From Hyalangium minutum (GTDB lineage: Bacteria; Myxococcota; Myxococcia; Myxococcales; Myxococcaceae): a stretch of DNA of 64,000 nt. The notes under the pieces were generated by a model, which worked only from the letters and a program-made list of their open reading frames with translations, had not been told where the DNA came from and did not search any database. The stretch spans positions 1,116,001 through 1,180,000 of the forward strand of contig NZ_JMCB01000003.1 in the NCBI RefSeq assembly GCF_000737315.1, read 5' to 3'. Positions within the stretch are counted from its first letter, which is position 1. Each line of letters begins with the position of its first letter. Shown here piece by piece: positions 26,033 through 37,872 of the stretch. The position numbers and the translations under genes were made by a program.

Positions 26033-26913
26033 GCCGGCTCACCGAGCTGGGCCGCTCGTGGCAGGCGCTGGCGATAGAGGCTGTGCAGGCGCTGGTACAC
26101 AGGCCCCGGCTTGCCCGTGCCGATCCGGGACTGATCGACGCAAACCACCGGTAACAGCTCCGCCAACGAGCTGGTGGCAAAGACCTCCTCTGCATCGGTG
26201 AGCGTGCGGACAGGAAGCGGCACCTCTTGAACCCGCAAGCCGGAGGACTGGGCGATCGAGAGCACCTCCGCCCGGGTAATGCCCGGCAGGCAGACATCAC
26301 GCGGTGACGTCAGCAGGGCCCCGCCCACCACGGCGAACACGTTGGAGACCGTTCCCTCGGTGACATGGCCTGCCCCGTCGACGAAGAAGCCCTCCTGCAC
26401 ACCTCGACGCGAGAGCTCCAGCCGCGCCACCACCGTGTGCTGGTAGCTCGTCGACTTGAGCGTGGGCGGAGGATGAACCTGCGTTGGCCGGGCCCACAAC
26501 ACCGTGGCAGCGATGCCATCCGTGTAGAGGGACTCGGGATAGGTCCGCAGCGGCAGCGCCGCGATGAGCACGGTGGGCGTGTCACAGCCCATGGGATCCA
26601 GGCCTCGGGTGCCGACGCCCCGAGTCACCGTGATGCGGAGATAGGCCTCGGGCAGCCGCGAACGGGCGAACGTCTCCCGCACCAGGTCTCGCAGCGCCTG
26701 CGCCGGGGGAGCCCCGTGGATGGCCAGCTCCGCGAGCCCCGCCTCCAGCCGCGCCAGGTGCTCCTCCAGCCGGAAGGGCTCGCCTCCATAGGTGCGCAGG
26801 GTCTCGAAGAGGCCATCGCCGTACAGGTAGCCGTGGTCGAACGCGGGCACGGTGGCCTGGGCCGGAGGGACAAAGGCCCCGTTCACGTACACACAGCCTT
26901 CCGTCAGTCCCAT
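26029..26913 (-). CDS. pabC: Class IV aminotransferase / 4-amino-4-deoxychorismate lyase
   Basis: YGDGLFETLR, LKSTSY, EGTVSNVF and LPGITR motifs. ATGA overlap with pabB. Confidence 0.8.
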   Translation of the reverse strand: MGLTEGCVYVNGAFVPPAQATVPAFDHGYLYGDGLFETLRTYGGEPFRLEEHLARLEAGLAELAIHGAPPAQALRDLVRETFARSRLPEAYLRITVTRGVGTRGLDPMGCDTPTVLIAALPLRTYPESLYTDGIAATVLWARPTQVHPPPTLKSTSYQHTVVARLELSRRGVQEGFFVDGAGHVTEGTVSNVFAVVGGALLTSPRDVCLPGITRAEVLSIAQSSGLRVQEVPLPVRTLTDAEEVFATSSLAELLPVVCVDQSRIGTGKPGPVYQRLHSLYRQRLPRAAQLGEPA

Positions 26914-27090
26914 GGCGCTCCCAGGGCCCACCTCCGGTCCCACCCGGCGGCCATACCCCGTCGGGAAACACCTTAAACAGAACACATTGTCCGAAAAAAG
27001 GACCTTGGGCCCCGTCCGATCCTTTCGCTGGCTCGAAGACCCTCGTGCAAACTTCCTGACACTCCCGAGCCCTAAGCCCAGAGGTGCCAT

Positions 27091-27470
27091 GTGGAAGCCC
27101 CGGTGGAGGTTCGCAGTCAGAGCATCTGGCGCGATGGCGATGGGATCATCCGCGCGAAGATGAAGCCGGGCATCGAGATCGGGCTGGAGGATGCTCGAGA
27201 GGCCGTGCGAGCGATCGCAGGCCTGTGTGAAGGGATCCAGCGCCCCGTCCTCGTCGACATGACCGCGCTCAGAGCGATGGACCGCGCCGCTCGGGTGTAC
27301 TTCGCGGGCCCCGAGACCGCTCAGGTGGAGTCCGCCGCGGCGCTGATCGTCAGCTCTCCGCTGACCCGGGCCATTGGCAACTTCTTCATGGGCTTGAACA
27401 AGCCCCTCTTTCCCACCCGTCTGTTCACCTCCGAGGCCGAGGCCCTCGCCTGGCTCAAGACCTTCCTGCG

Positions 27471-27474
<4 letters not shown>
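27091..27474 (+). CDS. STAS/SpoIIAA-like (SEC14-like) small protein
   Basis: PVLVDMT..AAALIVSSPLTRAIGNFF..PTRLFTSEAEALAWL pattern. Confidence 0.75.
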
Positions 27475-29054
<1,580 letters not shown>

Positions 29055-29063
29055 GCGCCCGTC

Positions 29064-31832
29064 TCACGGAAACGCAGCCTGTACCGCCGTGCGTGCGGCC
29101 CCCTCGTCGCCCGTGACGCCCACCACGAGCCGCTCCGAGCAGGCGGCGAACTCCTTCTGAAGATCCGCCGGAGTAACGGCCTGGAGCAGCGCGGGCCTCC
29201 GCGTGACAGCCTCCGCGTCCCAGCCCAGCACCCGCGCGTTCAGGAGCGCGTACACCCAGTCCCCGGACGTCGTCAGGAACACGGCCTGCGAAGCCAGGAG
29301 CCGGCTGCGAGCGCTCTCCACCTCGGCCCCCGGGACGCCTCCCTGGCCATATGCCGCCAGCGCCCCGCGCGCCGCCGACATCGAGGCCTCGATCTGTGAG
29401 GCCTCCACCACGCCCTCCATCAGCAGGTGGGCCGCCCCGCCGCGCGCCATCGACACCTGCGTGTGGAAGCCGTACGTGGCCCCCATCTGCTCGCGGACCT
29501 GGTGGAACATGCGCGCCTTGAGCACCTCCGCCATCACCGCGTAGCGCGCCGCTGCTTCGGGCGTCGCCTCCGGCAGCCGGCAGGCCAGCTGCACGTGCCC
29601 CTGCGTGGCCCCAGGCCGCGGCGTAATGAGTACCTGCGGCTTCCCGGTCCCCTTCGCCAGCGGCGAAAGCGGCGGAGCTTCCACCGGCACGCCCTTCCCT
29701 CCCCAGCCGCCCAGGTACTGGTGCACCAGCGGCATTACCTGCTGAGGATCGAACTCACCGGCGATCACCACCACCCCGTTGGCCGGGCGGTGTACCTGGG
29801 AGATCCAGCCCTCCACCTCGGACTGCGACACTTTCTCCAGATCCTCGGCCAGCACCGTGCGGCCGTACGGGTGCTCGCCATAGAGCGCGTGCAGCATGGC
29901 TCGGGAGGCCTTCGCCTCGGGGTACGCGTCCACCGCCTTGCGCCAGGGCAGCACGTTCTCGTTGAAGATGCGGATGACCTCGAACTCGGTGCCCATGCTG
30001 GACAGCTGCTCGCCGAGGATCGCCAGCATGTTGCCCACGTTGCCCGCCGCGCCCGCCATGCCGTAGCGCAGGTGGTCCCGGTAGAGCCGGCGCGAGCTGC
30101 GCAGGCCATAGTCGCCCGGCTGTCCCTGGAATTCAGAGCGGCGGAAGGCGACCCACTCGACCAGCTCCGCCACACCCGGCTTGCCGCTCACCTCTCCGCC
30201 CCCCAGCGCCACGCCCACGCTCACCAGCGGCAGCCCCTGCCGAGGCGCCAGCACCACCTCCAGCCCGTTGTCCAGGCGCAGCGAGGTGATGGGCGCGGTG
30301 TTCGTGAGTGCCGCAGGCAGCGGCCCCTGCGGCCCCGTCACCACCGCGTCATCCGGAGGCAGGCCCGTAGTGGAGCTCAGCGCAGGGACTCCGCTCTCCC
30401 CTGGCTTCACCAGGAGGATCCGCGCCCGGTCGCGCTGCAGCCACCGGTAGGCGAAGTCGGTGATCTTGGCGCCATCGAGCGCGGCCAGTGCCGCCTGGGC
30501 CCGGCCATAGGCTCGGGCATCCAGCGAGAAATGCGTCAGCTCCGCCCGGCGCACCGCGCGCGCCAGCAAGTCCTCGCTCTCCAGCGCCATGCCGATGACG
30601 ACGGTGCGCTGCATCCGCTGGAAGGCCAGCTGCCGCCCCAGCACATCCCCTGCCCCTCCCGGCTCCCACACCCGGTACACCTGATCCAGCACCTTCTCGG
30701 CCGAGGTCTGCGGGTGGGCCCCCGTGTTGAGCGGCACGCGCACCAGCAGCAACGATGCGCGCGTGCCGGGAATGAGCTCCGTGACCACGCCCGCGATGTC
30801 GCCATCGGAGAACATCGCCCGGCCCAGCTCGTAGGAGAGGCTCTCGCGCACGAAGTCGTGGACCGCGCTCGCCTCGTCGAAGCCCCGCGGCAGCACCCAC
30901 GTCAGGTACAGCTCGGGCGAAGGCACAGCGGCCTCGTGCGTCACCAGCTTCGCGGCCTTGGGCGCCACGGCCGGCTCGGGAGCAGGCTGCGGCAGCCGGG
31001 GGCTCACCGCCAGCGGCAATCCCTCGCCGTGCCACGCCTCGGGAAGGCTCTCCTTCAGCAGCGCCTCCATGGCCACCAGGTCCACGTCGCCGGTGATGAC
31101 CAGCGTCACGTTCTCCGGCACGTAGTTCTTGCGCACGAAGCGCTGCGCGTCCGCCAGCGAGAGCGACGTGAGCGACTCGTGGCTACCCACCACCGGCCGC
31201 GCGTAGGGGTGCCCCGCCGGGAATGACGTCTCCTGCACCCAGTGGAAGACCTGGCCGATGAAGCCCGTCTCGTTGCGCTCGCGCAGCTCGTTGCGCACCA
31301 CCTCGCGCTCCACCGCGAACACCTGCTCGGTGACGCCCGCCAGCGGCGAGGACAGCCGCTGCCCCTCGAGCTTCAAGAACGCGGGCAAGGCCTCCTTCGG
31401 CACCAGCGTCTCGTAGGCGGTGTGATCCAGGCTGGTGAAGGCGTTGAAGTGGCCCGCGCCTACCTGCTCCAGCCGCGTCCACACCGAGGGACTCCCCTCA
31501 TGCCGAGCCCGGAACGCCAGGTGTTCCACCACGTGCGCCAAGCCCTCCTTGCCCGCCGGATCATTCGAGCCGCCCACGCCCACCACGGCCACCACCGCCA
31601 CCACCGGCGAGCGCCGATCCTCCTCCACCACCACCCGCAGCCCCGAGGGCAGGCGGAAGTCGCGCAGCGGGAAGCTCACGTCGCGCATCACCACCTGGCC
31701 CCGATCCGGCAGCATGGTGGCGCACGCGGACAGCACCAGCGCGCACCCGAGGAGCAACCCCACGGAGGCATGAGGGCGCGAACGACGCCAAGCGTTCAGG
31801 AGAGGAGCAGGCATGGGGGCGCCTCTTTCCAT
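29064..31832 (-). CDS. M16 (insulinase/pitrilysin) zinc protease, probable lipoprotein
   Basis: GLAHVVEHLAF (HxxEH), NAFTS, EREVVRNELRER and a LSAC lipobox. Two-lobed duplication. Start uncertain. Confidence 0.92.
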   Translation of the reverse strand: MERGAPMPAPLLNAWRRSRPHASVGLLLGCALVLSACATMLPDRGQVVMRDVSFPLRDFRLPSGLRVVVEEDRRSPVVAVVAVVGVGGSNDPAGKEGLAHVVEHLAFRARHEGSPSVWTRLEQVGAGHFNAFTSLDHTAYETLVPKEALPAFLKLEGQRLSSPLAGVTEQVFAVEREVVRNELRERNETGFIGQVFHWVQETSFPAGHPYARPVVGSHESLTSLSLADAQRFVRKNYVPENVTLVITGDVDLVAMEALLKESLPEAWHGEGLPLAVSPRLPQPAPEPAVAPKAAKLVTHEAAVPSPELYLTWVLPRGFDEASAVHDFVRESLSYELGRAMFSDGDIAGVVTELIPGTRASLLLVRVPLNTGAHPQTSAEKVLDQVYRVWEPGGAGDVLGRQLAFQRMQRTVVIGMALESEDLLARAVRRAELTHFSLDARAYGRAQAALAALDGAKITDFAYRWLQRDRARILLVKPGESGVPALSSTTGLPPDDAVVTGPQGPLPAALTNTAPITSLRLDNGLEVVLAPRQGLPLVSVGVALGGGEVSGKPGVAELVEWVAFRRSEFQGQPGDYGLRSSRRLYRDHLRYGMAGAAGNVGNMLAILGEQLSSMGTEFEVIRIFNENVLPWRKAVDAYPEAKASRAMLHALYGEHPYGRTVLAEDLEKVSQSEVEGWISQVHRPANGVVVIAGEFDPQQVMPLVHQYLGGWGGKGVPVEAPPLSPLAKGTGKPQVLITPRPGATQGHVQLACRLPEATPEAAARYAVMAEVLKARMFHQVREQMGATYGFHTQVSMARGGAAHLLMEGVVEASQIEASMSAARGALAAYGQGGVPGAEVESARSRLLASQAVFLTTSGDWVYALLNARVLGWDAEAVTRRPALLQAVTPADLQKEFAACSERLVVGVTGDEGAARTAVQAAFP

Positions 31833-31921
31833 ACCCCGTGCGCGCCCGACAAGCCCCCCCTTGGCCCCTTGTGCTCAAAAACCGGCCCCAGCCGCCAGGC
31901 CTGGGCCGCGCCGTTGCTGGC

Positions 31922-33538
31922 TCAGAACGACGCGGTCAGGCCCCAGCGCACGTCGATGTGCTGCTCGGTGGCCACGCCTCCGGACTCCCAGCCGAACCGC
32001 GCGCCATCACCCGTGAAGGTGTCCTTCACCGTGGTGTACCGGGCGCGCACCGAGTACCCCAGCGGGCCCCAGAGCTCGCCCGCCACGCCCAGTTCGCCGT
32101 ACCAGCCGAAGCTGGACACCTCGGCGCCCAGATCCCTCACCTCCAGCTCCAACTCGCCCTCGTCCGCCGTGAGGCTGGTGCCCGCCTTGGGGCTGAGGAA
32201 GAACTGCCCCCCGCCCTCCACCTTCAGCCAGTGGCGCAGCGGCACGGAGAAGTCCAAGCCCACCGCCGGGTGCAGCCGGTGCGAGCCTGTGAGTGGCGCC
32301 CGGGCATCCCGATCCACCTCGAACTCGCGGCTGAGCATGCCGCCGCGGAAGCCCGCGTAGGCCAGGCGCGGCCGGGACTCGGTGCCCATGTTGATGTAGT
32401 AGCGGTACATGAGCATCGCGGTGATGACCGAGTCGGTGGCCACCACGCTGCGCGTCGGCGTCTCGCCCGTGTCCGTCGTCACCTTCACCCGCGTCTCCGA
32501 GTAGCCCCGCTGGTAGCCCGCCAGCAGCCCCAGCCCGCGCCACGGCTTCTCCGAGCGCGCCAGCGGCAGCACCTCGACCTGGCCCACCAGCCCCAGGTAC
32601 GGGACCCCGGACTTGAAGTCGATCGTGTCGCCGGACTGCTCCTCCACGGGCTTCTTGTCGAACTCGCCGCAGGAGCTGACGCCGGGACGCGCGCAGTACT
32701 GGCGCCACGTCGTGTTGCCCCCGAGGAACACCTGGATCATCGGCGGGTGCCGGTGCCGATCCTTCGCCTCCAGCTCCTGGCGGGTGGCGTACTCGTCGAA
32801 CGCATTCGTGGAGGTGTGAGACTCGTCATCCAGCGACTTGGGGATCTCCAGCGGCTCGGCGGGCGGCTTCGGAGCGGTGGAGGCCTCGGCAGACGCGGCC
32901 GGAGGAGGCTGGGCCGGCGGGGCCGTCTCGGCCGGGGGCTTCGTCGCCACGGGTGGAGGCTTCGCGGCCTCTGGAGGCGGAGTGGCCGCAGTCGCGGGAG
33001 GCGGAGTGGCGGCCGGCGGGGTCGCCGCGGGCGGAGGCTCGGGCGTGGCAGGCTGAGCGGGCGGAGGCTCGGCGGGAGGCGCCACCGGAGGCGGAGGCTT
33101 CGCGGCCGTGGCGACGATGCTCGCAGCCAGCCTGCGCACCTCGCTCGCGGGGAGCTTGCCCTTCTGGAGCTTCACGCTCTTGGTGAACTGCTCCTGGCCG
33201 TTGACGCCCAGGATCTGCAGGGTCAAGGTCTTCCCCACATTGCCCGTCACCACCGCGTCCAGCTGAAGCCCGGGGGCCACCTGGGCCACCCCCTCGGTGG
33301 AGCGGGCGGCGGCGCCCTTCAGCCCGGACTTGGCGGCGGCGCCCGTGTACTGCTTGAGCGTGACGAGCTGGATCTGCTTGTTCTTCTTGAGCGCGTTCTC
33401 CAGCTGCGTGCGCACCGCGCCGCGGCGGTCACCCTCGAAGTCGAGGACCACCACGCGCGGCTTGGCCGCCTTCTGGGCCTCCGCCACCTGCGAGGCCAGC
33501 ACCAGGGCCAGGGCCAACAGCGCGCCCCACCGACTCAT
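31922..33538 (-). CDS. Exported protein: alpha/beta N-domain, Pro/Ala-rich linker, C-terminal outer-membrane beta-barrel
   Basis: Signal peptide, RVVVLDFEG strand and (PPPAAT)n linker. Alternating amphipathic strands end in WGLTASF (terminal Phe). Confidence 0.75.
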   Translation of the reverse strand: MSRWGALLALALVLASQVAEAQKAAKPRVVVLDFEGDRRGAVRTQLENALKKNKQIQLVTLKQYTGAAAKSGLKGAAARSTEGVAQVAPGLQLDAVVTGNVGKTLTLQILGVNGQEQFTKSVKLQKGKLPASEVRRLAASIVATAAKPPPPVAPPAEPPPAQPATPEPPPAATPPAATPPPATAATPPPEAAKPPPVATKPPAETAPPAQPPPAASAEASTAPKPPAEPLEIPKSLDDESHTSTNAFDEYATRQELEAKDRHRHPPMIQVFLGGNTTWRQYCARPGVSSCGEFDKKPVEEQSGDTIDFKSGVPYLGLVGQVEVLPLARSEKPWRGLGLLAGYQRGYSETRVKVTTDTGETPTRSVVATDSVITAMLMYRYYINMGTESRPRLAYAGFRGGMLSREFEVDRDARAPLTGSHRLHPAVGLDFSVPLRHWLKVEGGGQFFLSPKAGTSLTADEGELELEVRDLGAEVSSFGWYGELGVAGELWGPLGYSVRARYTTVKDTFTGDGARFGWESGGVATEQHIDVRWGLTASF

Positions 33539-33610
33539 CCATCGTCCCAAGGACCTCATCCGGGCTGGGAGGTTCACCCAGCCCGCACTCGATGTCCACA
33601 ACCAGCCGCA

Positions 33611-34753
33611 TCACGTCTCCGCGGAGGACGCGGAGAGAGAGGGTTGGATCTCCAGGACGGAGGGGGCCGCGGACGGGGGCGGCTCGGCGGGCGGCGGCGG
33701 CAGCGCCGGCTGGGTGATGCCCAGGAAGTCGCGGCGGTAGATGCGGACCATGGCCATGAAGAGCGAGGCGATCAGCGGCCCCACCAGCATCCCCATCATC
33801 CCGAACACGGCCACCCCGCCGAACATAGAGAGGAAGACGAGCAGCGGGTGCAGCGCCATGCGCGAGCCGCACAGCCGCGGGCGGATGAAGTTGTCGATGG
33901 TGCCCACCACCAGCGCGCCCCACCCCGCCAGGAAGAGCCCATCACCCACCCTTCCCGACAGCGCGAGCAGGATGCTGATGGGCAGCCAGACGAGGCCGGT
34001 CCCCACCACCGGTACCAGTGCGGCGATCACCATGGCGGCGCCCCACACCCCCGCGTGGGGCACGCCGATGATCATCATCCCCACCAGGCCCACCGCGCCC
34101 TGAACGATGGCGGTGACGGTGTTGCCGTAGACGATGGCGTAGGCGACGTCGACGAAGTCCCGGGAGAAGCCCTCGAGGTAGCGCTTGTCGAGCGGGACGA
34201 GGCGGATGGCCTCGGCGTAGAGGCGGCGGCCATCCAGGAAGAAGTAGTACATGGACACCGTCATCAGGAACAGGTTGATGACGAACTCGGAGCCAAGCCC
34301 CACGGCGTGGCGCAGCAGGGTGGCGCTGGCGGTGGCGCCGGACACGAGCGCCTTCTCCAGCTCCGAGCCCACCGTCTCCGAGCGCACGTAGCGGCTCAGG
34401 CCGGACGGCAGGTTGGCGATGAACTCCTGGCGCAGATCCGTCCGCTCGAGCACGTTGGGCAGGTTGGTGGCGAGTTGGAGCAGCTCCCGCCCCACCAGCC
34501 ACCCCACCCCGGCCAGCGGCAGCAGGATGAGGAGGAAGACGGCCACGGTGGACAAGGTGGCGCACAGCGGGGTGCGTCCCTTGAGCTGCCGACAGAGGAA
34601 GTTCTGGATCGGAAAGAAGAGGACGACCAAAAAGCCGCCGAGCAGCACCGGCATCACGAACGGCAGCAAGATGCGAGAGAAGAGAACGATTGCCAGGGCA
34701 AAGAGCCCCGCAAAGACACAGTTGGACCACCGCTTCGAGTCCGCCGCCGCCAC
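33611..34753 (-). CDS. AI-2E family transporter
   Basis: Multiple TMs, LVPVVGTGLVWLP, IDNFIRPRL, LHPLLVFLSMFGG and GMLVGP. GTG start at 34753. Confidence 0.93.
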   Translation of the reverse strand: MAAADSKRWSNCVFAGLFALAIVLFSRILLPFVMPVLLGGFLVVLFFPIQNFLCRQLKGRTPLCATLSTVAVFLLILLPLAGVGWLVGRELLQLATNLPNVLERTDLRQEFIANLPSGLSRYVRSETVGSELEKALVSGATASATLLRHAVGLGSEFVINLFLMTVSMYYFFLDGRRLYAEAIRLVPLDKRYLEGFSRDFVDVAYAIVYGNTVTAIVQGAVGLVGMMIIGVPHAGVWGAAMVIAALVPVVGTGLVWLPISILLALSGRVGDGLFLAGWGALVVGTIDNFIRPRLCGSRMALHPLLVFLSMFGGVAVFGMMGMLVGPLIASLFMAMVRIYRRDFLGITQPALPPPPAEPPPSAAPSVLEIQPSLSASSAET

Positions 34754-34855
34754 ACCCCACCACCCTTGGGCCCAAGGCCCCCACGCGCCAATTCCAACGT
34801 AGGACTGCCCCCTATCTCGGGGAAGTCCCGACACAGACTGAAGAGGAGACGAGCA

Positions 34856-35341
34856 ATGACTTCTGGACGCTTCTGGCGGATCGCCGCCGCCGCGGGGATG
34901 ACCGCCACGGCCGTGGCCGCGGGGTGTGGCGACAATGGCGCGCCATGTACGACATGCGCCCCCATGGAGGGCCGCTATCCGCTGGAGTTCGAGGCGGGGA
35001 CCCTTCCGGCCGACTGCACCTCCCTGGGAGTGGGGCTGCCGCAGGGGCCGTTGGACATCCAACGCTCGGGCTCGGGGCTCGCGGCCACGATGGACGGGGT
35101 TCCGATGGAGGGCACCCTGTTCCAGGGCAATGACTTCAACCTGCTGGGGGCGCAGTCCGGGCTGGACGGAGGCAGCACCCAGTTCAGCCTGAGCGGGCGC
35201 TACACACCGGGGCCTCTGGACGGGGGCACGGGGTCCATCTCCGGGTCGTTCACGGGCACCTATGCTCGGGGCTCGGCCCAGGGGACTCGCCGCTGCTCGA
35301 TCTTCCGCGGCTACACGGCCACCCAGCAAGGGCAGCCGTGA
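34856..35341 (+). CDS. Hypothetical lipoprotein
   Basis: GAGGAG RBS, MTSGRFWR..AVAAGC lipobox, CxxC and beta-rich body. It is the tail of the 31838 ORF in the track. Confidence 0.8.
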   Translation: MTSGRFWRIAAAAGMTATAVAAGCGDNGAPCTTCAPMEGRYPLEFEAGTLPADCTSLGVGLPQGPLDIQRSGSGLAATMDGVPMEGTLFQGNDFNLLGAQSGLDGGSTQFSLSGRYTPGPLDGGTGSISGSFTGTYARGSAQGTRRCSIFRGYTATQQGQP

Positions 35342-35357
35342 AGCAGCGCGGGAGGGA

Positions 35358-35474
35358 CTACTTCTTCTTGGCGGCGGCTTCCTTGGCGGCCACCTTCTTC
35401 TTCTTCATCCGCTTCCTCCACGCCTGACGGTTCTTCATCTGCACGCGACGGTGCTTGCTCTTGCTGCGGGCCAT
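35358..35474 (-). CDS. 38-aa highly basic small protein (not in ORF track)
   Basis: MARSKSKHRRVQMKNRQAWRKRMKKKKVAAKEAAAKKK*. AGGAG RBS 8 nt upstream, GC3-rich codons, fills the intergenic gap. Confidence 0.75.
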   Translation of the reverse strand: MARSKSKHRRVQMKNRQAWRKRMKKKKVAAKEAAAKKK

Positions 35475-35506
35475 TCAAGTGACTCCTGGGTGATGAAAAG
35501 GGGGCG

Positions 35507-36838
35507 TTACGTATCAGAAGACCCCCCGGGAGAGGAACCCTTCGCTTCATCCGGGGCGGGCCGAGTGGGGTAAGGGATGCCTTCGGCGCCCCGGACGGCG
35601 GTCGGCAGGGCCTCGGCCAGACGGACTTCGCCCTCCTTGTCGGCGTCCAGGGGCTTCTCCTTGGAGGCGGGGGCGCTGCTCTGCTGGGGGCGCTTCTTCA
35701 CCGCGGCGAAGATGGGGCGGCAGGCGTCCACGAAGCGGCGGACCTCGTCCAGCGGGAGGGCCGGGCAGTAGTTGTCGTTCACGCCCTTCATGGGCTCGGC
35801 CATGCACATGGCGTTGAGGATGGCCTCCTCGGTGGCCTCCATGACGGCCTCGTAGAGGGGGTCCAGGCGCTGGTCCAGGAGGATCTTCAGCTTGTAGACC
35901 ATCTTCTGGGTGCGGCGGGGGATGATGTTGGCGGTGGAGAAGCCGACGATGATCTCCCCGGAGCCATGGGCCGCGTAGCTGCCCACCCGGCCGATGCCCA
36001 GCGAGACGCGCTTGCAGAGGCGGCTGATCTGGTGGCTGAGCAGGGGGGCGTCGGTGGCGACCACGGCGATGATGGAGCCGTAGGACTGGCCGCGCTTGCG
36101 CACGTCCTTGAACTTCTCGGCGAGCACCTCGCCCACGGGCAGGCCGCCCACGCGCAGGTTGTGCATCTTGCCGAAGTTGGACATGACGAGCACCCCCAGG
36201 GTGTAGCCACCGAGGGCCTCGGGGAGCTTGCGCGAGGAGGTGCCGATGCCGCCCTTGAAGTCGCAGGTGACCATGCCGGTGCCGCCGCCGACGTTGCCCT
36301 CGGCGACGGGGCCGGACTTGGCGTTCTGGATGGCCTCGAGGACGTGCTGATCGCGCACGTGGCGGCCGGCCACGTCGTTGAGCCAGCTGTCATCGCACTC
36401 GCCGACGATGGGGATGATGACGTCGTGCTCGTCGCCGATGCCGGGGTAGCGGTCCACCAGGTAGCGGGCGACGCCGTCGGAGACGGCCCCCACGGCCATG
36501 GTGTTGGTGAGCATGAGGGGGGTCTCGACGAGGCCCCACTCCATGAGCTGCGTCATGCCCGAGACTTCGCCAGCGCCATTGAGGACGAAGCCACCGCCCG
36601 TCATGCGCTCCATGAAGATGTTGCCGTTGTTGGGGAGGATGGCGGTGACGCCGGTGCGGACGGGGCCGTGGCCAGGGCGGAGGGGCCCCTCACCTCGGAT
36701 GAGTGTGCAGTGGCCGACGAGGACGCCCTCGACGTCGGTGATGGCGTTGTACTTGCCGGGCTTGAAGCGACCCAGGGGCAGCCCCAGCTCCCGGGCACGG
36801 ACGCGCGGCATGGTCAGTTCCAATTGGCGCTGAGACAT
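35507..36838 (-). CDS. dmpA: P1/DmpA-family L-aminopeptidase/D-esterase
   Basis: NAITDVEGVLVGH, TNTMAVG, NVGGGTGM, SIIAVVATDAPL and HGSGE autoproteolysis motif. Confidence 0.88.
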   Translation of the reverse strand: MSQRQLELTMPRVRARELGLPLGRFKPGKYNAITDVEGVLVGHCTLIRGEGPLRPGHGPVRTGVTAILPNNGNIFMERMTGGGFVLNGAGEVSGMTQLMEWGLVETPLMLTNTMAVGAVSDGVARYLVDRYPGIGDEHDVIIPIVGECDDSWLNDVAGRHVRDQHVLEAIQNAKSGPVAEGNVGGGTGMVTCDFKGGIGTSSRKLPEALGGYTLGVLVMSNFGKMHNLRVGGLPVGEVLAEKFKDVRKRGQSYGSIIAVVATDAPLLSHQISRLCKRVSLGIGRVGSYAAHGSGEIIVGFSTANIIPRRTQKMVYKLKILLDQRLDPLYEAVMEATEEAILNAMCMAEPMKGVNDNYCPALPLDEVRRFVDACRPIFAAVKKRPQQSSAPASKEKPLDADKEGEVRLAEALPTAVRGAEGIPYPTRPAPDEAKGSSPGGSSDT

Positions 36839-36872
36839 AGCGAAGGGGACCGTAGTCCACCCGGAGGCGGGG

Positions 36873-37520
36873 TCAAACGTTCTGAGCGGGGCGGCGCAGT
36901 CCCTCGAACAACAGGCGGGTCTGGAAGATGGCGATCTGCTCGGCGTCGGGGGTGTCCTCACCGGGCCGATCGAGCTGGTGGTCGACCAGGAGCGAGGCCA
37001 GGCCGTGGACCTGAGAGCAGACCATGAGGGCGAGGGGGAGCGGCTCGCCTTGGCGCAGCTCGCCCGCTTGCTGGCCCTGAATGATGCTCTGCATCAACAG
37101 GCCGAAGGAGTGGGTCCCCTCCTTGCTCATCTCCTCATGATCGGAGGGCTTGTTGAAGTGGGGGCCAAACATGACGCGAAAGTGCGCGGGGTGGCGGACG
37201 GCGAAGAGGACGTAGGCGACCCCACAGGCGAGCAAGCGCTCGGTGGGACGGGTTTCTGTGTCCATGCGCTCGCGCATCTCGGAGGCCATGGAGCGGAAGC
37301 CCTCTTCGGCGACGGCGGCGAGCAGGGCCTCCTTGTCAGCGAAGTGGCGATAGGGAGCGGCGTGGGTGACACCGGCGCGGCGGGCGACTTCTCGGAGGGT
37401 GAGTGCGCTGAAGCCCTTCTCGGAGATGAGGGCCAGGGACGCCTCGATGAGGGCGCGGCGCAGATCTCCATGGTGGTAGCTGGGCTTTGACTGCGAGCTC
37501 GTCTTCTTCCGGGCGGCCAC
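36873..37520 (-). CDS. TetR-family transcriptional regulator
   Basis: YHHGDLRRAL..LTLREVARRAGVTHAAPYRHF, with a WHG-type C-domain. Confidence 0.93.
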   Translation of the reverse strand: MAARKKTSSQSKPSYHHGDLRRALIEASLALISEKGFSALTLREVARRAGVTHAAPYRHFADKEALLAAVAEEGFRSMASEMRERMDTETRPTERLLACGVAYVLFAVRHPAHFRVMFGPHFNKPSDHEEMSKEGTHSFGLLMQSIIQGQQAGELRQGEPLPLALMVCSQVHGLASLLVDHQLDRPGEDTPDAEQIAIFQTRLLFEGLRRPAQNV

Positions 37521-37872
37521 GAGGCGCTCCCCCTGTTTCCCAGGAAGGTAGCACTGGCTCGTCTCGAAAGTAACCACTGTCAACTTCACCCCAAGTGCAT
37601 TCCAATCCGTTGATGGCGGCCAAATACCTGAATTTACTGATCTTCAGCAAAGTGCATCTGAGGTTGTACCCTGGCAAAAACTGGGTAATATCTGCGTAGA
37701 GCTTACGCATTCACGCTGATGCCCTAGGTTCGAGATGGGTTGAAGCAATACGGACGCTCTAGCTGAACCGCTTCGTTCTTTGACTCGCACCTGAATACAC
37801 ACGCTCTCGGATTCGCTTACGAGTTCGTTCATCTACTCGTTCTCAAATTCGAAAACGCTCCCAGCCTTCGAT

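Noticed and set aside
23905-26913. pabCBA as part of a secondary-metabolite cluster
   Set aside because: No PKS/NRPS, N-oxygenase or tailoring genes adjacent. Folate precursor synthesis is the simpler explanation.
31838-34855. 1167-aa + strand ORF
   Set aside because: Antisense shadow of two real minus-strand genes. Only its last 161 aa (the lipoprotein from 34856) have an RBS and coding character.
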